From the NCBI GenBank assembly GCA_009783195.1, contig WRHP01000001.1, positions 7,215 to 71,214 of the forward strand: 64,000 nt of DNA, written 5' to 3'. The notes below the pieces were generated by a model. It saw nothing but the letters and a program-made list of their open reading frames with translations, was not told the DNA's origin and made no database searches. Below are positions 27,792 through 38,630 of this stretch, piece after piece. The number at the start of each line of letters is the position of its first letter. Position 1 is the first letter of the stretch. A program made the position numbers and the translations under genes. The DNA is from Syntrophorhabdaceae bacterium. Its GTDB lineage: Bacteria; Desulfobacterota; Deferrimicrobia; Deferrimicrobiales; Deferrimicrobiaceae.

Positions 27792-28816
27792 ACCAGGACG
27801 CGAATCGCCGCAAGGCGCTGGATATGGCTGTTGCCGCCATAGAGAAGAGTTACGGCAAAGGCGCCATTATGAGGCTGGGCGCCGATGTGCCCGCCAAAGA
27901 CATCCCTGTCATACCTACGGGCGCCATTTCCCTGGATGTGGCTCTTGGCATCGGCGGAATCCCCAGAGGAAGGGTTACGGAGATTTTCGGACCGGAGGCT
28001 TCCGGGAAAACCACACTGGCATTGCACATTATCGCCGAGGCGCAAAAGCAGGGCGGCGTGGCCGGTTTTATCGACGCGGAGCACGCTCTGGATCTGTCCT
28101 ACGCGAGAAAACTTGGAATTTCCACGGAGGATCTCCTCATATCCCAACCGGACACGGGAGAACAGGCTCTTGAGATCACGGATCTTCTTGTCCGCAGCGG
28201 CGCGCTCGACGTTGTTGTTGTTGATTCTGTGGCGGCGCTGGTCCCAAAAGCGGAGATAGACGGGGAGATGGGAGACGCCCACATGGGGCTTCAGGCGCGT
28301 CTGATGTCTCAGGCGCTGCGCAAGCTTACCGGGACGATCAGCAAGTCGATGACATCCGTCATCTTTATCAACCAGATCCGCCAGAAGATCGGAGTCATGT
28401 TCGGGAATCCCGAGACAACCACTGGCGGAAACGCCTTGAAGTTTTATGCTTCGATGCGCCTGGACATACGCCGGATCTCCCAGATCAAGCGGGATGACGA
28501 AGTCGTCGGCGGCCGTACCCGCGTCAAGGTTGTTAAAAACAAGCTTGCTCCTCCGTTTCGTGAGGCGGAGTTTGACATTCTTTACGGCGAAGGTATCTCC
28601 CGCGAAGGGGATATCCTTGACTTGGGTTCGGAACTGGACGTTTTGGAAAAAAGTGGCGCATGGTACTCTGTCGGCGGGGAGAGAATAGGACAGGGACGCG
28701 AAAACGCCCGGGCATTCCTTAAGGAGCATCCGGATATGGCCAAGGGTCTCGTAGATAAAATTTTGGCCAAATGCGGTATCAGCGAAACTCCGAAATCACC
28801 GGCAGAAGGAGAATAA
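27788..28816 (+). CDS. recA: Recombinase RecA
   Basis: 342 aa with [20 protein letters not shown] (Walker A), the L1/L2 loop regions and a C-terminal domain. Confidence 0.95.
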   Translation: MNQDANRRKALDMAVAAIEKSYGKGAIMRLGADVPAKDIPVIPTGAISLDVALGIGGIPRGRVTEIFGPEASGKTTLALHIIAEAQKQGGVAGFIDAEHALDLSYARKLGISTEDLLISQPDTGEQALEITDLLVRSGALDVVVVDSVAALVPKAEIDGEMGDAHMGLQARLMSQALRKLTGTISKSMTSVIFINQIRQKIGVMFGNPETTTGGNALKFYASMRLDIRRISQIKRDDEVVGGRTRVKVVKNKLAPPFREAEFDILYGEGISREGDILDLGSELDVLEKSGAWYSVGGERIGQGRENARAFLKEHPDMAKGLVDKILAKCGISETPKSPAEGE

Positions 28817-28820
28817 CAAT

Positions 28821-29954
28821 TTGGAACTCAACGAGATTCTCCGTTTAGCGTCAAAACACGGAGCTTCGGATGTGCATCTCAAGGCGGGGCTTCCGGCCGT
28901 CTTTCGGATAAACGGAAAGCTCGTTCCGATGAAGTCTCCAACGCCGCTCAAACACGAAGATCTAAAGGCAATGAGCGAGATGATCTTGAGCGAAGACCAG
29001 AAGGCCCGGCTCGAAAAGCAGTACGAGATCGACTGCGCTTATGGTGTCGCCGGGCTTGGCCGGTTCCGCGTCAATATATTCCAGCAGCGTGGGACAATGG
29101 GCATAGTTTTGCGGTTGGTCCCGTTTGGCGTTAAGACCTTCGAGGAGCTTTATCTGCCGAAGGTTATGGAGAAGATAGCCGCCGAAGAGCGCGGGCTTAT
29201 CTTGTGCACGGGGACCACCGGATCCGGAAAGTCGACCACTCTGGCTTCAATCGTTCAGCACATAAACACGAACCGCAGTTGTCATATCATGACAATTGAA
29301 GACCCTATCGAATTTCTCCTGCGCGACTACAAGAGCATCATCAACCAGCGGGAACTGGGAGTCGATACGGCGTCTTTTGCCAACGCGCTCAAGAGCGCCC
29401 TGCGTCAAGATCCCGATGTCATCCTCGTCGGAGAAATGCGCGATCTTGAGACTATAGAGACCGCGCTTACGGCGGCGGAGACCGGGCACATGGTTTTGTC
29501 TACGCTGCACACGCTGGACGCGGCCGAGACTATCAACCGTATTGTCGCCTCCTTCCCTCCGTTCCAGCAGAAGCAGATCCGGGTGCAGCTTGCCGCGGTC
29601 TTGAAAGCTGTCATTTCCCAGCGGCTGGTTCCGCGTCAGGACGGCACGGGGCGCGTGCCCGCGGTCGAGATAATGCTCAATACCGCCCGCGTCCGGGAAT
29701 ATATTGAAGATAAAGACAAGACTCGCAAGATACGGGAAGCGATCCAGCAAGGGTTTGTGTCGTATGGCATGCAGACGTTCGATCAGTCGCTGATGGGGCT
29801 GCTAAAGGAAGAACTCATAACCCTTGACGAAGCCCTCCGGCAGGCAAGCAATCCCGACGACTTCATGTTGCGCATCCGTGGCGTGTCCGCGACATCTGAC
29901 CTTACCTGGGATGATTTTGACAAGGGCGACGGCGGCGAGAAGAAAGACAATTAA
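28821..29954 (+). CDS. pilT: Type IV pilus retraction ATPase PilT
   Basis: 377 aa aligning end-to-end with canonical PilT. Matches include ASDVHL...RINGKL, Walker [54 protein letters not shown] and AIQQGFVSYGMQTFDQSL. The start codon is TTG, 4 bp after the recA stop. Confidence 0.85.
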   Translation: MELNEILRLASKHGASDVHLKAGLPAVFRINGKLVPMKSPTPLKHEDLKAMSEMILSEDQKARLEKQYEIDCAYGVAGLGRFRVNIFQQRGTMGIVLRLVPFGVKTFEELYLPKVMEKIAAEERGLILCTGTTGSGKSTTLASIVQHINTNRSCHIMTIEDPIEFLLRDYKSIINQRELGVDTASFANALKSALRQDPDVILVGEMRDLETIETALTAAETGHMVLSTLHTLDAAETINRIVASFPPFQQKQIRVQLAAVLKAVISQRLVPRQDGTGRVPAVEIMLNTARVREYIEDKDKTRKIREAIQQGFVSYGMQTFDQSLMGLLKEELITLDEALRQASNPDDFMLRIRGVSATSDLTWDDFDKGDGGEKKDN

Positions 29955-30003
29955 AAAGAACACGGCGTCAGCCCATGAAAACCCTATCGAGCTTGTCTTT
30001 GGC

Positions 30004-30441
30004 ATGCTTGCCCGTCGTCCTTTAAGCGAAGGAGAGGTAAAGGTCCGGCTGTTGCGGAAAAGCATTCCAGAGTCCGCCATCCCGCCGGTTCTTGCGCGGT
30101 TGCGCGATCTTGGGCTGCTCGACGATTCGGCTTTGTGCCGGCAGCTTGCCCGTTCCTACCGGGAGACACGGATTTACGGTCCGGCGAAGATCGCGTGGAA
30201 GCTGGCTTCACGAGGCTTTCCCCGGTCTCTTGTTGAAGAGGCGATGCGGGATGAATGCGCGGAAGAAGATGTCGCTGCCGCAGCCGTCTTGGCGCTGCGG
30301 AAAAAATACCGGGGCGGGATTCCTCCGGGGCGTGAAGGCGCGTCGAAAGCGTACCGGTTTCTGGCCGGTCGGGGGTTTCCTCCAGAGATTTGCCGGCGGG
30401 CTATCGGCAGGCGAAGGACCGAGACGGAAGGAGACGAATAG
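30004..30441 (+). CDS. recX: RecA regulator RecX
   Basis: 145 aa, alpha-helical and basic, with the RecX-family pattern (...YRETRIYGPAKIAWKLASRGFPRSLVEEAM...). It ends 1 bp before alaS. The start was set to the first in-frame ATG after the pilT stop. Confidence 0.7.
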   Translation: MLARRPLSEGEVKVRLLRKSIPESAIPPVLARLRDLGLLDDSALCRQLARSYRETRIYGPAKIAWKLASRGFPRSLVEEAMRDECAEEDVAAAAVLALRKKYRGGIPPGREGASKAYRFLAGRGFPPEICRRAIGRRRTETEGDE

Positions 30442-33072
30442 ATGTTCAGGACTGGCGCGGAGCTTCGCTCCGCTTTTATTGCGTATTTCGAACGGAACGG
30501 ACACAAGGCGCTGCCAAGCGCCTCGCTGGTTCCGTTAAGCGACCCTACCCTGCTTTTTACAAACGCGGGAATGGTTCAGTTCAAAGAGGTCTTTCTTGAT
30601 CTGGACGCCACTCAATGGAAGCGGGCGGTGACGTCCCAAAGGTGCCTGCGGGTTAGCGGCAAACACAATGATCTGGAGAATGTCGGCTACACCGCGCGGC
30701 ATCATACCCTGTTCGAGATGCTGGGCAACTTCTCTTTTGGCGACTACTTCAAAAAGGAAGCGGTTCATTACGCGTGGGAATTCCTCACGCGGGAGATTGG
30801 TCTTGACGAAAAACGGATGATAGCCTCGGTCTTCCGGGAAGACGACGAGGCGTATGACATTTGGCATAAAACTATCGGGCTTCCAACTTCGCGGATAGCC
30901 CGGCTCAACGAGAAAGACAACTTCTGGTCAATGGGGGCGACCGGTCCCTGCGGTCCCTGTTCCGAGATCATCTACGACCAGGGCAAAGATACCGGATGCG
31001 GCCGTCCCGAATGCTCCATAGAGTGCGGATGCGACCGTTTCCTCGAGATCTGGAATCTGGTGTTCATGCAATTCAACCAGGACGAGAGCGGAAAAAAGAT
31101 TCCGCTTCCAAAGCCAAGCATCGACACGGGCATGGGGCTCGAACGGCTTGCCGCTGTGGTCCAGGGAGTTTCGAGCAACTACGACTCCGATCTGTTTCAG
31201 CCGATTCTGCAGGAGATAGCCGTACTTGGCGGGAAAAAGTATGGCTGTTCACCGGAACAGGATGCGCCGATGCGCGTCATTGCGGACCATGCGCGGGCGA
31301 CAGCCTTTCTTATCGCCGACGGCGTTTTGCCGTCCAATGAAGGGCGTGGGTATGTCCTGCGCCGCGTCATGCGGCGCGCTCTTCGTCACGGGAAGAAGCT
31401 TGGGTTTGACGGACCGTTTCTCCACAAGATAGCCGGGACGGTGGTTCGGGAGTTTTCAAAGGTTTTTCCCGAATTGCAAAGCAGCGCGTCTTTCATTGAT
31501 ACCGCCGTGTTCCAGGAAGAGCGCAGATTCCTCGAAACGCTCGACGCGGGACTGCGGATGGTCGAGGACGAATTCGCCCGGATACGGAATGCCAAAAACG
31601 AGGTTTTTTCCGGCGAGGCGGCGTTCCGGTTATACGACACCTATGGGTTTCCTGTGGACCTGACCGCGGATTTGTGCCGGGAGCAAGGGATGATGCTGGA
31701 TACTGCCGGGTTCGAGACGGAAATGGAAAAGCAGCGGACCCAGTCGCGCGCTTCCTGGAAAGGGGGCGAGGTGGGCGCGCGTGATGCCGTTGCGTCCGAG
31801 CTATCCCGAACCAAAACATCCGTGGCTTTTGTCGGGTATGAGCAATGTGAGGCGGAAAGCCGTATCGCGGCGATGTTTAAAGACGGTGTGCGGGTTTCTT
31901 CCGCAAGCGCGGGGGACGAGATCGATATCGTTACGGATGCCACGCCGTTCTATGGGGAATCCGGCGGCCAGGCGGGAGATACCGGCACGATTACCGGAGA
32001 CGGTTTCATTCTTCAGGTCACTGATACGCTGCGCCCTTCTTCCGAACTCATCATCCATCGCGCAAGCGTGATCGAGGGGTTGGTGAACGAGGGGCAGGCC
32101 GCGCGGCTTGCCGTGGATCAGGAGAAACGGCGGAGTACGCAGGGAAACCACACCGCGACACACCTGTTGCAGGCGGCTTTGCGCAAAGTTTTGGGAACGG
32201 GCGTCAAGCAGGCGGGATCGTATGTTGGGCCGGACAAGCTTCGGTTCGATTTCTCGCATTACGAGGCGGTGCCGGCGGAGGCATTGGCGGCTGTAGAAGA
32301 GGAGGTGAATGGAGCGGTGTTTGCTGCCCGTCCCGTTCACTGGGAACAGCTTCCTTATGAAGAAGCGGTTGCCGCGGGGGCGATGGCTTTTTTTGGAGAG
32401 AAATACGCCGATGTCGTCCGGATGGTAACGGTGGATGAGGTCAGCAAGGAACTTTGCGGCGGAACGCATGTGCGCAACACGGCGGAGATAGGGCTTTTCC
32501 GCCTTACGTCCGAAAGCGCTCTTGCCGCCGGCGTCCGCCGTATCGAGGCGTCCACAGGTTTGCCTGCCTGGAAGCGCCTGTGGGAAGAGGCGGAAAAGCT
32601 GCACGAGGTGGCTTTGGAGCTGAATGTCGCGGGTTCCGAGGTGCCGGAGCGCGTCCGGAAACTTTCGGCCCAGATTAAAACACTGGAAAAGGCGCTCCAG
32701 GAGGCGCGTCGTCGTTCGGCGCGCGATCTGGTGGGAGAGATCCTTGCGAAGGCGGATGAGCGGGATGGTGTTAAGCGCGTCGCGGCGGAAACCGAGTCTA
32801 TGGACCCGGCCGCCTTGCGCGAACTGGCCGACAGCGTCAAAGGAAAGCTTGGCAGCGGGCTGCTTTTGCTGGGCGCCCGTGACGGAGACCGTTGCCATCT
32901 TGTGGCGGGAGTCACCGCGGATCTGACGTCTAAATATTCGGCATCCGATATCGTCAAGAAAGCGGCCGCGGTGGTTGGCGGCGGAGGGGGAGGCAGGAAG
33001 GATATGGCTCAGGCGGGCGGCTCTGTAGTCGAGAAACTGCCGGAGGCGCTGGCCACCCTGTCTGCCTGGTGA
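30442..33072 (+). CDS. alaS: Alanine--tRNA ligase
   Basis: 876 aa. It has a class II aaRS core, an editing domain (HTATHLLQAAL; CGGTHV) and a C-terminal DHHA1 domain. Confidence 0.95.
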   Translation: MFRTGAELRSAFIAYFERNGHKALPSASLVPLSDPTLLFTNAGMVQFKEVFLDLDATQWKRAVTSQRCLRVSGKHNDLENVGYTARHHTLFEMLGNFSFGDYFKKEAVHYAWEFLTREIGLDEKRMIASVFREDDEAYDIWHKTIGLPTSRIARLNEKDNFWSMGATGPCGPCSEIIYDQGKDTGCGRPECSIECGCDRFLEIWNLVFMQFNQDESGKKIPLPKPSIDTGMGLERLAAVVQGVSSNYDSDLFQPILQEIAVLGGKKYGCSPEQDAPMRVIADHARATAFLIADGVLPSNEGRGYVLRRVMRRALRHGKKLGFDGPFLHKIAGTVVREFSKVFPELQSSASFIDTAVFQEERRFLETLDAGLRMVEDEFARIRNAKNEVFSGEAAFRLYDTYGFPVDLTADLCREQGMMLDTAGFETEMEKQRTQSRASWKGGEVGARDAVASELSRTKTSVAFVGYEQCEAESRIAAMFKDGVRVSSASAGDEIDIVTDATPFYGESGGQAGDTGTITGDGFILQVTDTLRPSSELIIHRASVIEGLVNEGQAARLAVDQEKRRSTQGNHTATHLLQAALRKVLGTGVKQAGSYVGPDKLRFDFSHYEAVPAEALAAVEEEVNGAVFAARPVHWEQLPYEEAVAAGAMAFFGEKYADVVRMVTVDEVSKELCGGTHVRNTAEIGLFRLTSESALAAGVRRIEASTGLPAWKRLWEEAEKLHEVALELNVAGSEVPERVRKLSAQIKTLEKALQEARRRSARDLVGEILAKADERDGVKRVAAETESMDPAALRELADSVKGKLGSGLLLLGARDGDRCHLVAGVTADLTSKYSASDIVKKAAAVVGGGGGGRKDMAQAGGSVVEKLPEALATLSAW

Positions 33073-33084
33073 TGGTTTTAAGGA

Positions 33085-33831
33085 TCAGTCGGTCTGCGGT
33101 TTGTTTTTGCTCAACAACAGGTTCGCCTGTTCGCGTTCCAGCGTGTTCAGGTAAACCTGTACGACTTTATTGAGCGGATCAATGTAGAGCGCTTCTTCCC
33201 ACGTGGTACGCGCCTTTGTCCGATCCTGCGCCAGGTATAGCAGGACCCCTTTCTGGATAAGCGCCGGGGCGTTCCTGGGATACTCCGACAGGAACGTTTC
33301 CACTTCGGTCATCGCCGCTTCCATGCGGCCCGCTTCCCTAAGCGCTATGATAAGACGAATCCGGAGATCAGGGTACATGGGCGCGACATTGAATGCCTTC
33401 CGGTACTCGGAGATGGCTTCGTCGTATTGTCCGACGGCGAGGTATAACTCGCCCAATTCCATGTGAAGGCTCGCCATTCGTCCGCGGACCATGTTTTTGC
33501 CCGGCGATATCCCGTTTTGGGTAATGATTTTGGAGGCCTGGTCGTAAACCGCGCGGGCTTTCCCATACATCCCCATGTCGCTTAACGTGATCGACATCGA
33601 AAGCAGGGCTTCCGTATATTCCGGGTGCAGGGAGATGGCTTTTTCGAACCGTTCGATCGCCTGACTGTAGTTTCCCTTATGATGCTCTATCAGTCCGAGA
33701 GTGTAGTGGATGTCGGGGTATTCGCCCTCTATCTCAAGCGCTTTTCTCAGGTGCTGTTCGGCCTTCTTGTAATCCGCTTTAGCAAAGGCGGCTTTGCCGA
33801 TACGGATCAACCCGGACAGGTCGCGGTTCAC
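33085..33831 (-). CDS. Tetratricopeptide-repeat protein
   Basis: 248 aa made almost entirely of TPR units (A..YKKAEQHLRKALEIEGEYPDIHYTLGLI...). Confidence 0.65.
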   Translation of the reverse strand: MNRDLSGLIRIGKAAFAKADYKKAEQHLRKALEIEGEYPDIHYTLGLIEHHKGNYSQAIERFEKAISLHPEYTEALLSMSITLSDMGMYGKARAVYDQASKIITQNGISPGKNMVRGRMASLHMELGELYLAVGQYDEAISEYRKAFNVAPMYPDLRIRLIIALREAGRMEAAMTEVETFLSEYPRNAPALIQKGVLLYLAQDRTKARTTWEEALYIDPLNKVVQVYLNTLEREQANLLLSKNKPQTD

Positions 33832-34559
33832 CGTAGGTTGCTCGCGTCCTGCTGGAGTTTTTCGTCGCTGCTTTTTGGCGCCTGCCCGGCGTCATCGTTT
33901 TTGCCTTGTTTTTGTAATGCCTTGGCGAGCATCGATTGCAGTTTCGTCGTCTGGGTCACGTCCGGGTATTCCTCCAGTACCCGCTTTGCGCGCAGCTCGG
34001 CGCTTTCGTATTTCTTGCGCGAAAGGAGGTGGGAAACGATATTTTCCTCGTGGAGAAAGAGGTGATGGCGCAGTTTCCTGATTTCCAAAACCGCCGTTTC
34101 CGTTCTTGGCGTGTCCTTTTCTTTTTCAAGGAACTGTTTGTACGTTTCAATGGATTCCCGCGCTTTATCCTGGGACCGGCCAAGCGGCAAGATCTGCTGG
34201 CGCAGAAGTTCGCCCTTCAGGAGCAGCGCGTCGGCCACTTTCGGATTCGCCGGGTAAAGACGCAGGAAATCGTCGAACGCGACTTCGGCCTCCGTGTTTT
34301 CTTTGAACTTCATCAGGTTTGACGCGAGGCCGAACTGACTTTGGGGGGCCATGGAAGAATTGGGGAACCGTTCAACGAGCAGCCGGAATGCTTCCGCGGC
34401 TTTCCTGTGTTTTTTTTGTTGCTCCATCTGCTGCCCGCGGGCAAACAGCGCGGATTCAGAAAGGTTTTTTTGGACAGCCAGTTTTTTTGAGCATCCCAGT
34501 GGCAGCAGGCAAATAACTATTGTTGCTGCGGCCACCCAGGCGCGGAAGGGGATAAGCAT
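33828..34559 (-). CDS. bamD: Outer-membrane assembly lipoprotein, BamD(YfiO)-like
   Basis: 243 aa with a lipoprotein signal peptide (ICLLPLGCSKK) and TPR-like helical repeats, where BamD-type proteins are expected. The call is tentative. Confidence 0.45.
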   Translation of the reverse strand: MLIPFRAWVAAATIVICLLPLGCSKKLAVQKNLSESALFARGQQMEQQKKHRKAAEAFRLLVERFPNSSMAPQSQFGLASNLMKFKENTEAEVAFDDFLRLYPANPKVADALLLKGELLRQQILPLGRSQDKARESIETYKQFLEKEKDTPRTETAVLEIRKLRHHLFLHEENIVSHLLSRKKYESAELRAKRVLEEYPDVTQTTKLQSMLAKALQKQGKNDDAGQAPKSSDEKLQQDASNLR

Positions 34560-34692
34560 GATAGATGACGGTAGTATAAGAAAAAGAAGAAGTCAACGCG
34601 CCGACGGAGCGGGAGGGAGCGACACATACATGTTCAAATTGGCATGGCGTTGTGGTAGATTACCGGGATATTTTCATGCGATCGGAGGGGTT

Positions 34693-35901
34693 ATGAGAAC
34701 GCCGATAAGAGCGGGCATTGTTTGCTTAACGCTGATGTTGTCATTGTCTGTTTTCCTTTGTGCCGATGTGTTTGCCAACGAAACCATAAAGGTCGGAATC
34801 GTCCTTCCTCTTACAGGCGCTCAGGCGAAGTTCGGTGAAATCGAGAAACGTTCCTTTGAAATGGCAGCCGAGGAAATTAACGAAAAAGGCGGCGTAAACG
34901 GGAAAAAACTGGAGCTTCTTTTTGAGGACGACACAGGGAAGCCGGATGTTGGACGCGCTGCCATAGAAAAGCTTATCAGCCGCGATAAAGTTCCTGTTTT
35001 GACGGGAGGTTACGCGAGCGCGGTTACTCAGGCCGCGACCGCCGTGGCGCAGCAGTTCAAAGTTCCGTTTCTTGTGACGACAGGTTCTTCCGACGAAATT
35101 ACTGAAAAAGGTTACGACTATATTTTCCGTATCAACCCCACCTCCAGCGAGTATTTCGATCCGTTTGAGTCGCTTTTGGAGAAGGTGGGCGGTATAAAGA
35201 CGATGGCGCTTCTCTACGAGAACACGCAGTTTGGCCAAAGCAGCGCCAAGGATGTTGATGCCGCCGCCAAGAAAATGGGTATCGATGTGGTGGTCAAGGA
35301 AGGGTATCAGGCGGGCGCGATCGACTTTAAGCCGCTTCTGGCCAAAGTCAAGGCGAAGAATCCCGATATAATCTATATGGTTTCATATGTTATGGATGCC
35401 TCGCTTTTAATGGTGCAATCCAAGGAACTCGATATCAACCCGAAGATGTTTGCCGGCGGCGGCGCGGGGTTTACTCTTCCCGAATTTCAGCAGAGAGCCG
35501 GAGCGGCGGCGGAATATGTCTATTCTGCGACCTTGTGGACGGAGGATGTTTCTTACCCTGGGGCGCGTGAGTATTACGACAAGTACGTGAAGCGTTTCAA
35601 ATCGGAGACCGAGTATCATGGCGCCGAGGCGTACGCCTCGCTGTATGTTGTGGCCGACGCTCTGAAGCGGGCGAAGTCGATCACCTCGAAAGATATCAGG
35701 GACGCGCTCGCCGCTACCGATATGGTGACGGCATTTGGCCCGGTCAAGTTTGTCTCCTACGGAAAGAAGACGCAGCAGAACAAGCTTCCCACCACTTTTG
35801 TCGTCCAGTGGCAGAAGGGTAAAATGGAGACGGTTTGGCCTGCGAACGCGGCGAAAAAGGCATTTATTTTCCCGACGCCTGCCTGGAACAGCCGCAAGTA
35901 A
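34693..35901 (+). CDS. Branched-chain amino acid ABC transporter substrate-binding protein (LivK/LivJ family)
   Basis: It has a signal peptide then ETIKVGIVLPLTGAQAKFGEIEKRSFEMAAEEINEKGGVNGKKLELLFEDD, the classic Leu/Ile/Val-binding-protein pattern. The start was trimmed to MRTPIRAG after GGAGGGG. Confidence 0.8.
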   Translation: MRTPIRAGIVCLTLMLSLSVFLCADVFANETIKVGIVLPLTGAQAKFGEIEKRSFEMAAEEINEKGGVNGKKLELLFEDDTGKPDVGRAAIEKLISRDKVPVLTGGYASAVTQAATAVAQQFKVPFLVTTGSSDEITEKGYDYIFRINPTSSEYFDPFESLLEKVGGIKTMALLYENTQFGQSSAKDVDAAAKKMGIDVVVKEGYQAGAIDFKPLLAKVKAKNPDIIYMVSYVMDASLLMVQSKELDINPKMFAGGGAGFTLPEFQQRAGAAAEYVYSATLWTEDVSYPGAREYYDKYVKRFKSETEYHGAEAYASLYVVADALKRAKSITSKDIRDALAATDMVTAFGPVKFVSYGKKTQQNKLPTTFVVQWQKGKMETVWPANAAKKAFIFPTPAWNSRK

Positions 35902-36006
35902 GGCGGTTTCGCCTGGAATTCAGGTAAGCCGAGCCCGCCGGAGAAGGCCTCGTTGCAGCGGCCTTCTCCGGCTCCAATACATGGACAGCAACTCGGGAGG
36001 CCGAAT

Positions 36007-36879
36007 ATGGCCATTTTTTTTCAAACAATCGTCGCTGGTCTGCTGAAGGGCGGCCTCTATGCCCTGATCGGGATCGGGATGACCCTCATTATGGGCGTGA
36101 TGGGCATCATCAATCTGGCCCACGGCCAAATGATGATGCTGGCGATGTACATTACGTTCATACTTAACCAGGTGGGGTTGGATCCATATTTGTCTTTGTT
36201 TGTGGCTATGCCGTCTCTTTTCATCATCGGCGTGCTGATCCAGAAATATTTTCTCAACCCGCTTATCAAAGTGGAGACGATCCTCCCGCAGAATATGGTG
36301 CTTATGACTGTCGGCATCGGCATGGCGATGACCGAGATAGTCCGTTTTGTGTTCAAGTCTGATTACAAATATGTAAAGACTTCTTATTCGAGCTCTACTT
36401 TTTTCCTTGGCGGGATTTCCTTCAATGTGCCGCTTGTCATTGCCTTCTTTATAGCCGTACTGTTTACCATAATCATGTTTTGGTTCCTGAACCGTACCGA
36501 TCTGGGGCGATCCATCCGGGCGACGGCGCAGGATAAGGACGCGGCTACGCTCATGGGGGTTAACACCGGACGCATTACGGTTATTACCATGGGGCTGGGA
36601 GCGGCGCTGGTGGCGGCGGCGGGGACATTGCTTGCCCCTGTTTACTACATTTTTCCCGACATCGGGAGCCCTTTTACCACCAAGGCTTTTATCATAACAA
36701 TCCTTGGCGGTTTGGGTTCCACTGTTGGGGCGATCTTTGGCGGAGTTACTCTGGGAATGGCGGAAAGCCTGGGAGCGACGTACCTCGGAATGCAGTACGA
36801 GGACATAGTGGGGCTTGTTATCTTTATCATGGTGCTGCTCTTCCTTCCAGGCGGTTTCAAGCGCCTGACAAAGGTATGA
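36007..36879 (+). CDS. livH: Branched-chain amino acid ABC transporter permease LivH-type
   Basis: A polytopic membrane protein with LivH-family conservation. It follows the SBP gene. Confidence 0.8.
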   Translation: MAIFFQTIVAGLLKGGLYALIGIGMTLIMGVMGIINLAHGQMMMLAMYITFILNQVGLDPYLSLFVAMPSLFIIGVLIQKYFLNPLIKVETILPQNMVLMTVGIGMAMTEIVRFVFKSDYKYVKTSYSSSTFFLGGISFNVPLVIAFFIAVLFTIIMFWFLNRTDLGRSIRATAQDKDAATLMGVNTGRITVITMGLGAALVAAAGTLLAPVYYIFPDIGSPFTTKAFIITILGGLGSTVGAIFGGVTLGMAESLGATYLGMQYEDIVGLVIFIMVLLFLPGGFKRLTKV

Positions 36880-36889
36880 AGGGGGCGAA

Positions 36890-37900
36890 ATGTTGAAGAA
36901 GCTCCCGATTGCCGAAATGATTGCCTTGGCTGTTTTTATGGCCATTCCGTTTTTTATGAAAGACAACTATTTTCTCCACCTGCTTATCCTGTTTCTTATG
37001 TGGGTTGTCATCGGATCGTCATGGAACATATTCGCGGGTTACACGGGGCAGGTTTCGTTTGGCCATGCCGCCTTTTTTGGGGCCGGCGCCTATGCCGCGG
37101 GGCTGCTGGCGCATCACTTCGGATATTCCGCATGGTGGGGGATGGCGCTTGGAGGGCCGGCGGCTGTGCTTATCGGTCTTCCCTTCGGCATAATATGTTT
37201 CCCGTTAAGGGGAGCCTATTTCACTCTCGCGTCGCTTGCCTTGAACCTGATACTGATGCATGTGGCCACAATTGCCGAGAACTTCACGGGCGGGATGCAG
37301 GGAATCATGATCATGCCCGCCTTTGTTTCCAAAATTCCGTACTACTACATTGCTTTGGCGATGGTGGTCGCCATTCTGGCCGTCATCAATCTCGTCGTTC
37401 GGTCCAAGTTTGGATATTATTTTGTATCCATACGCGAGGACCAGGATGCCGCGGAGAGCCTGGGAATCAATTCGACACTCTACAAAAACATCTCCCTTGG
37501 CATCTCGGTGTTCTTTACGGGAATGGCCGGCTCTCTTTACATGAATTACATGGGGTTTATCGACCCGTCTGTCGTTTTTTCCCTGAGCGACTATTCCATC
37601 ATGGCGATCCTTGTGGCGATTGTCGGTGGAGTGGGCACGGTTTACGGCCCGACGGTTGGCGCCTTCATAATGGTGGCTGTCAACGAGTTCTTCCGCTCTG
37701 GCTTCTTCGGGTTGCTCGGTTTTATCGGGAAGCGCACGGGATCGCCACTGGTTTCAAAAGCGCTGGATTTTGTAACGCATGCCCATGTTCTCGTCTTCGG
37801 AATTCTTGTTATCGTCGTGATCCTCTATCTGCCTAAAGGAGTCGTGGGCGATTGGGAAAAGATCAAGCGAAAAGTATTGCGGGTCAGGCCGACGGAATAG
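36890..37900 (+). CDS. livM: Branched-chain amino acid ABC transporter permease LivM-type
   Basis: 336-aa polytopic membrane protein, second permease of the liv-type operon. Confidence 0.8.
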   Translation: MLKKLPIAEMIALAVFMAIPFFMKDNYFLHLLILFLMWVVIGSSWNIFAGYTGQVSFGHAAFFGAGAYAAGLLAHHFGYSAWWGMALGGPAAVLIGLPFGIICFPLRGAYFTLASLALNLILMHVATIAENFTGGMQGIMIMPAFVSKIPYYYIALAMVVAILAVINLVVRSKFGYYFVSIREDQDAAESLGINSTLYKNISLGISVFFTGMAGSLYMNYMGFIDPSVVFSLSDYSIMAILVAIVGGVGTVYGPTVGAFIMVAVNEFFRSGFFGLLGFIGKRTGSPLVSKALDFVTHAHVLVFGILVIVVILYLPKGVVGDWEKIKRKVLRVRPTE

Positions 37901-37904
37901 GAGT

Positions 37905-38630
37905 TTGCGCGTGTCATTTTTTCGAGTCGAAAAACTGGTAAAAACCTTCGGCGGTCTCACCGCGGTCAACGAGGTGAGCTTTGAGGTCAAGGAAGGGGAA
38001 ATATTCGGGCTGATCGGACCCAACGGCGCCGGCAAGACAACGCTGTTCAACATGATAAGCGGCGTTTATGTTCCCACATCGGGAAAAGTTATATATAAGG
38101 ACCAGGAAATCCAGGGGGTGAAACCTTACCGGATCTGCAAAATGGGCGTCGGCCGAACCTTTCAGGTTGTCAAGCCGCTTGGCCGGATGAGTGTGCGTGA
38201 CAACGTCATCGCCGCTTCCTTCGCGCGCGTGAACTCCATGAAGGAAGCGCGTGACAACGCGAGCGAAATCCTTGATTTTTGCGGTCTTACTTCGGTAAGG
38301 GGGACACTGGCCAAATCGCTGCCCATTGCGGGACGAAAGCGGTTGGAGATCGCTCGGGCCATGGCCACGCGGCCGGATCTCCTGCTTCTGGATGAAACAG
38401 CGGCGGGACTGAATCCGACCGAGCTTTTGTCGGCGATCAACCTCATTCACAAGATTCGGAAAAACGGGACTACGATCATCATTATCGAACACATCATGCA
38501 TGTGATCATGTCTATATCCGACCGGATCCACGCTATCAACTTCGGCCAGACGATCGCGGAAGGAACGCCCAAAGACGTTGCCGCGAATCAGGCGGTGATC
38601 GAAGCCTATTTGGGTACCGACTATGCTTAA
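37905..38630 (+). CDS. livG: ABC transporter ATP-binding protein LivG-type
   Basis: It has Walker [10 protein letters not shown], the ABC signature and a Walker B motif. The start is TTG or GTG. Confidence 0.85.
   Translation: MRVSFFRVEKLVKTFGGLTAVNEVSFEVKEGEIFGLIGPNGAGKTTLFNMISGVYVPTSGKVIYKDQEIQGVKPYRICKMGVGRTFQVVKPLGRMSVRDNVIAASFARVNSMKEARDNASEILDFCGLTSVRGTLAKSLPIAGRKRLEIARAMATRPDLLLLDETAAGLNPTELLSAINLIHKIRKNGTTIIIIEHIMHVIMSISDRIHAINFGQTIAEGTPKDVAANQAVIEAYLGTDYA

Noticed and set aside
27716-28729. 337-aa minus-strand ORF
   Set aside because: Antisense to recA, so a high-GC frame artefact.
31801-32898. 365-aa minus-strand ORF, and other long ORFs antisense to alaS
   Set aside because: Antisense to alaS, with no protein-like motifs.
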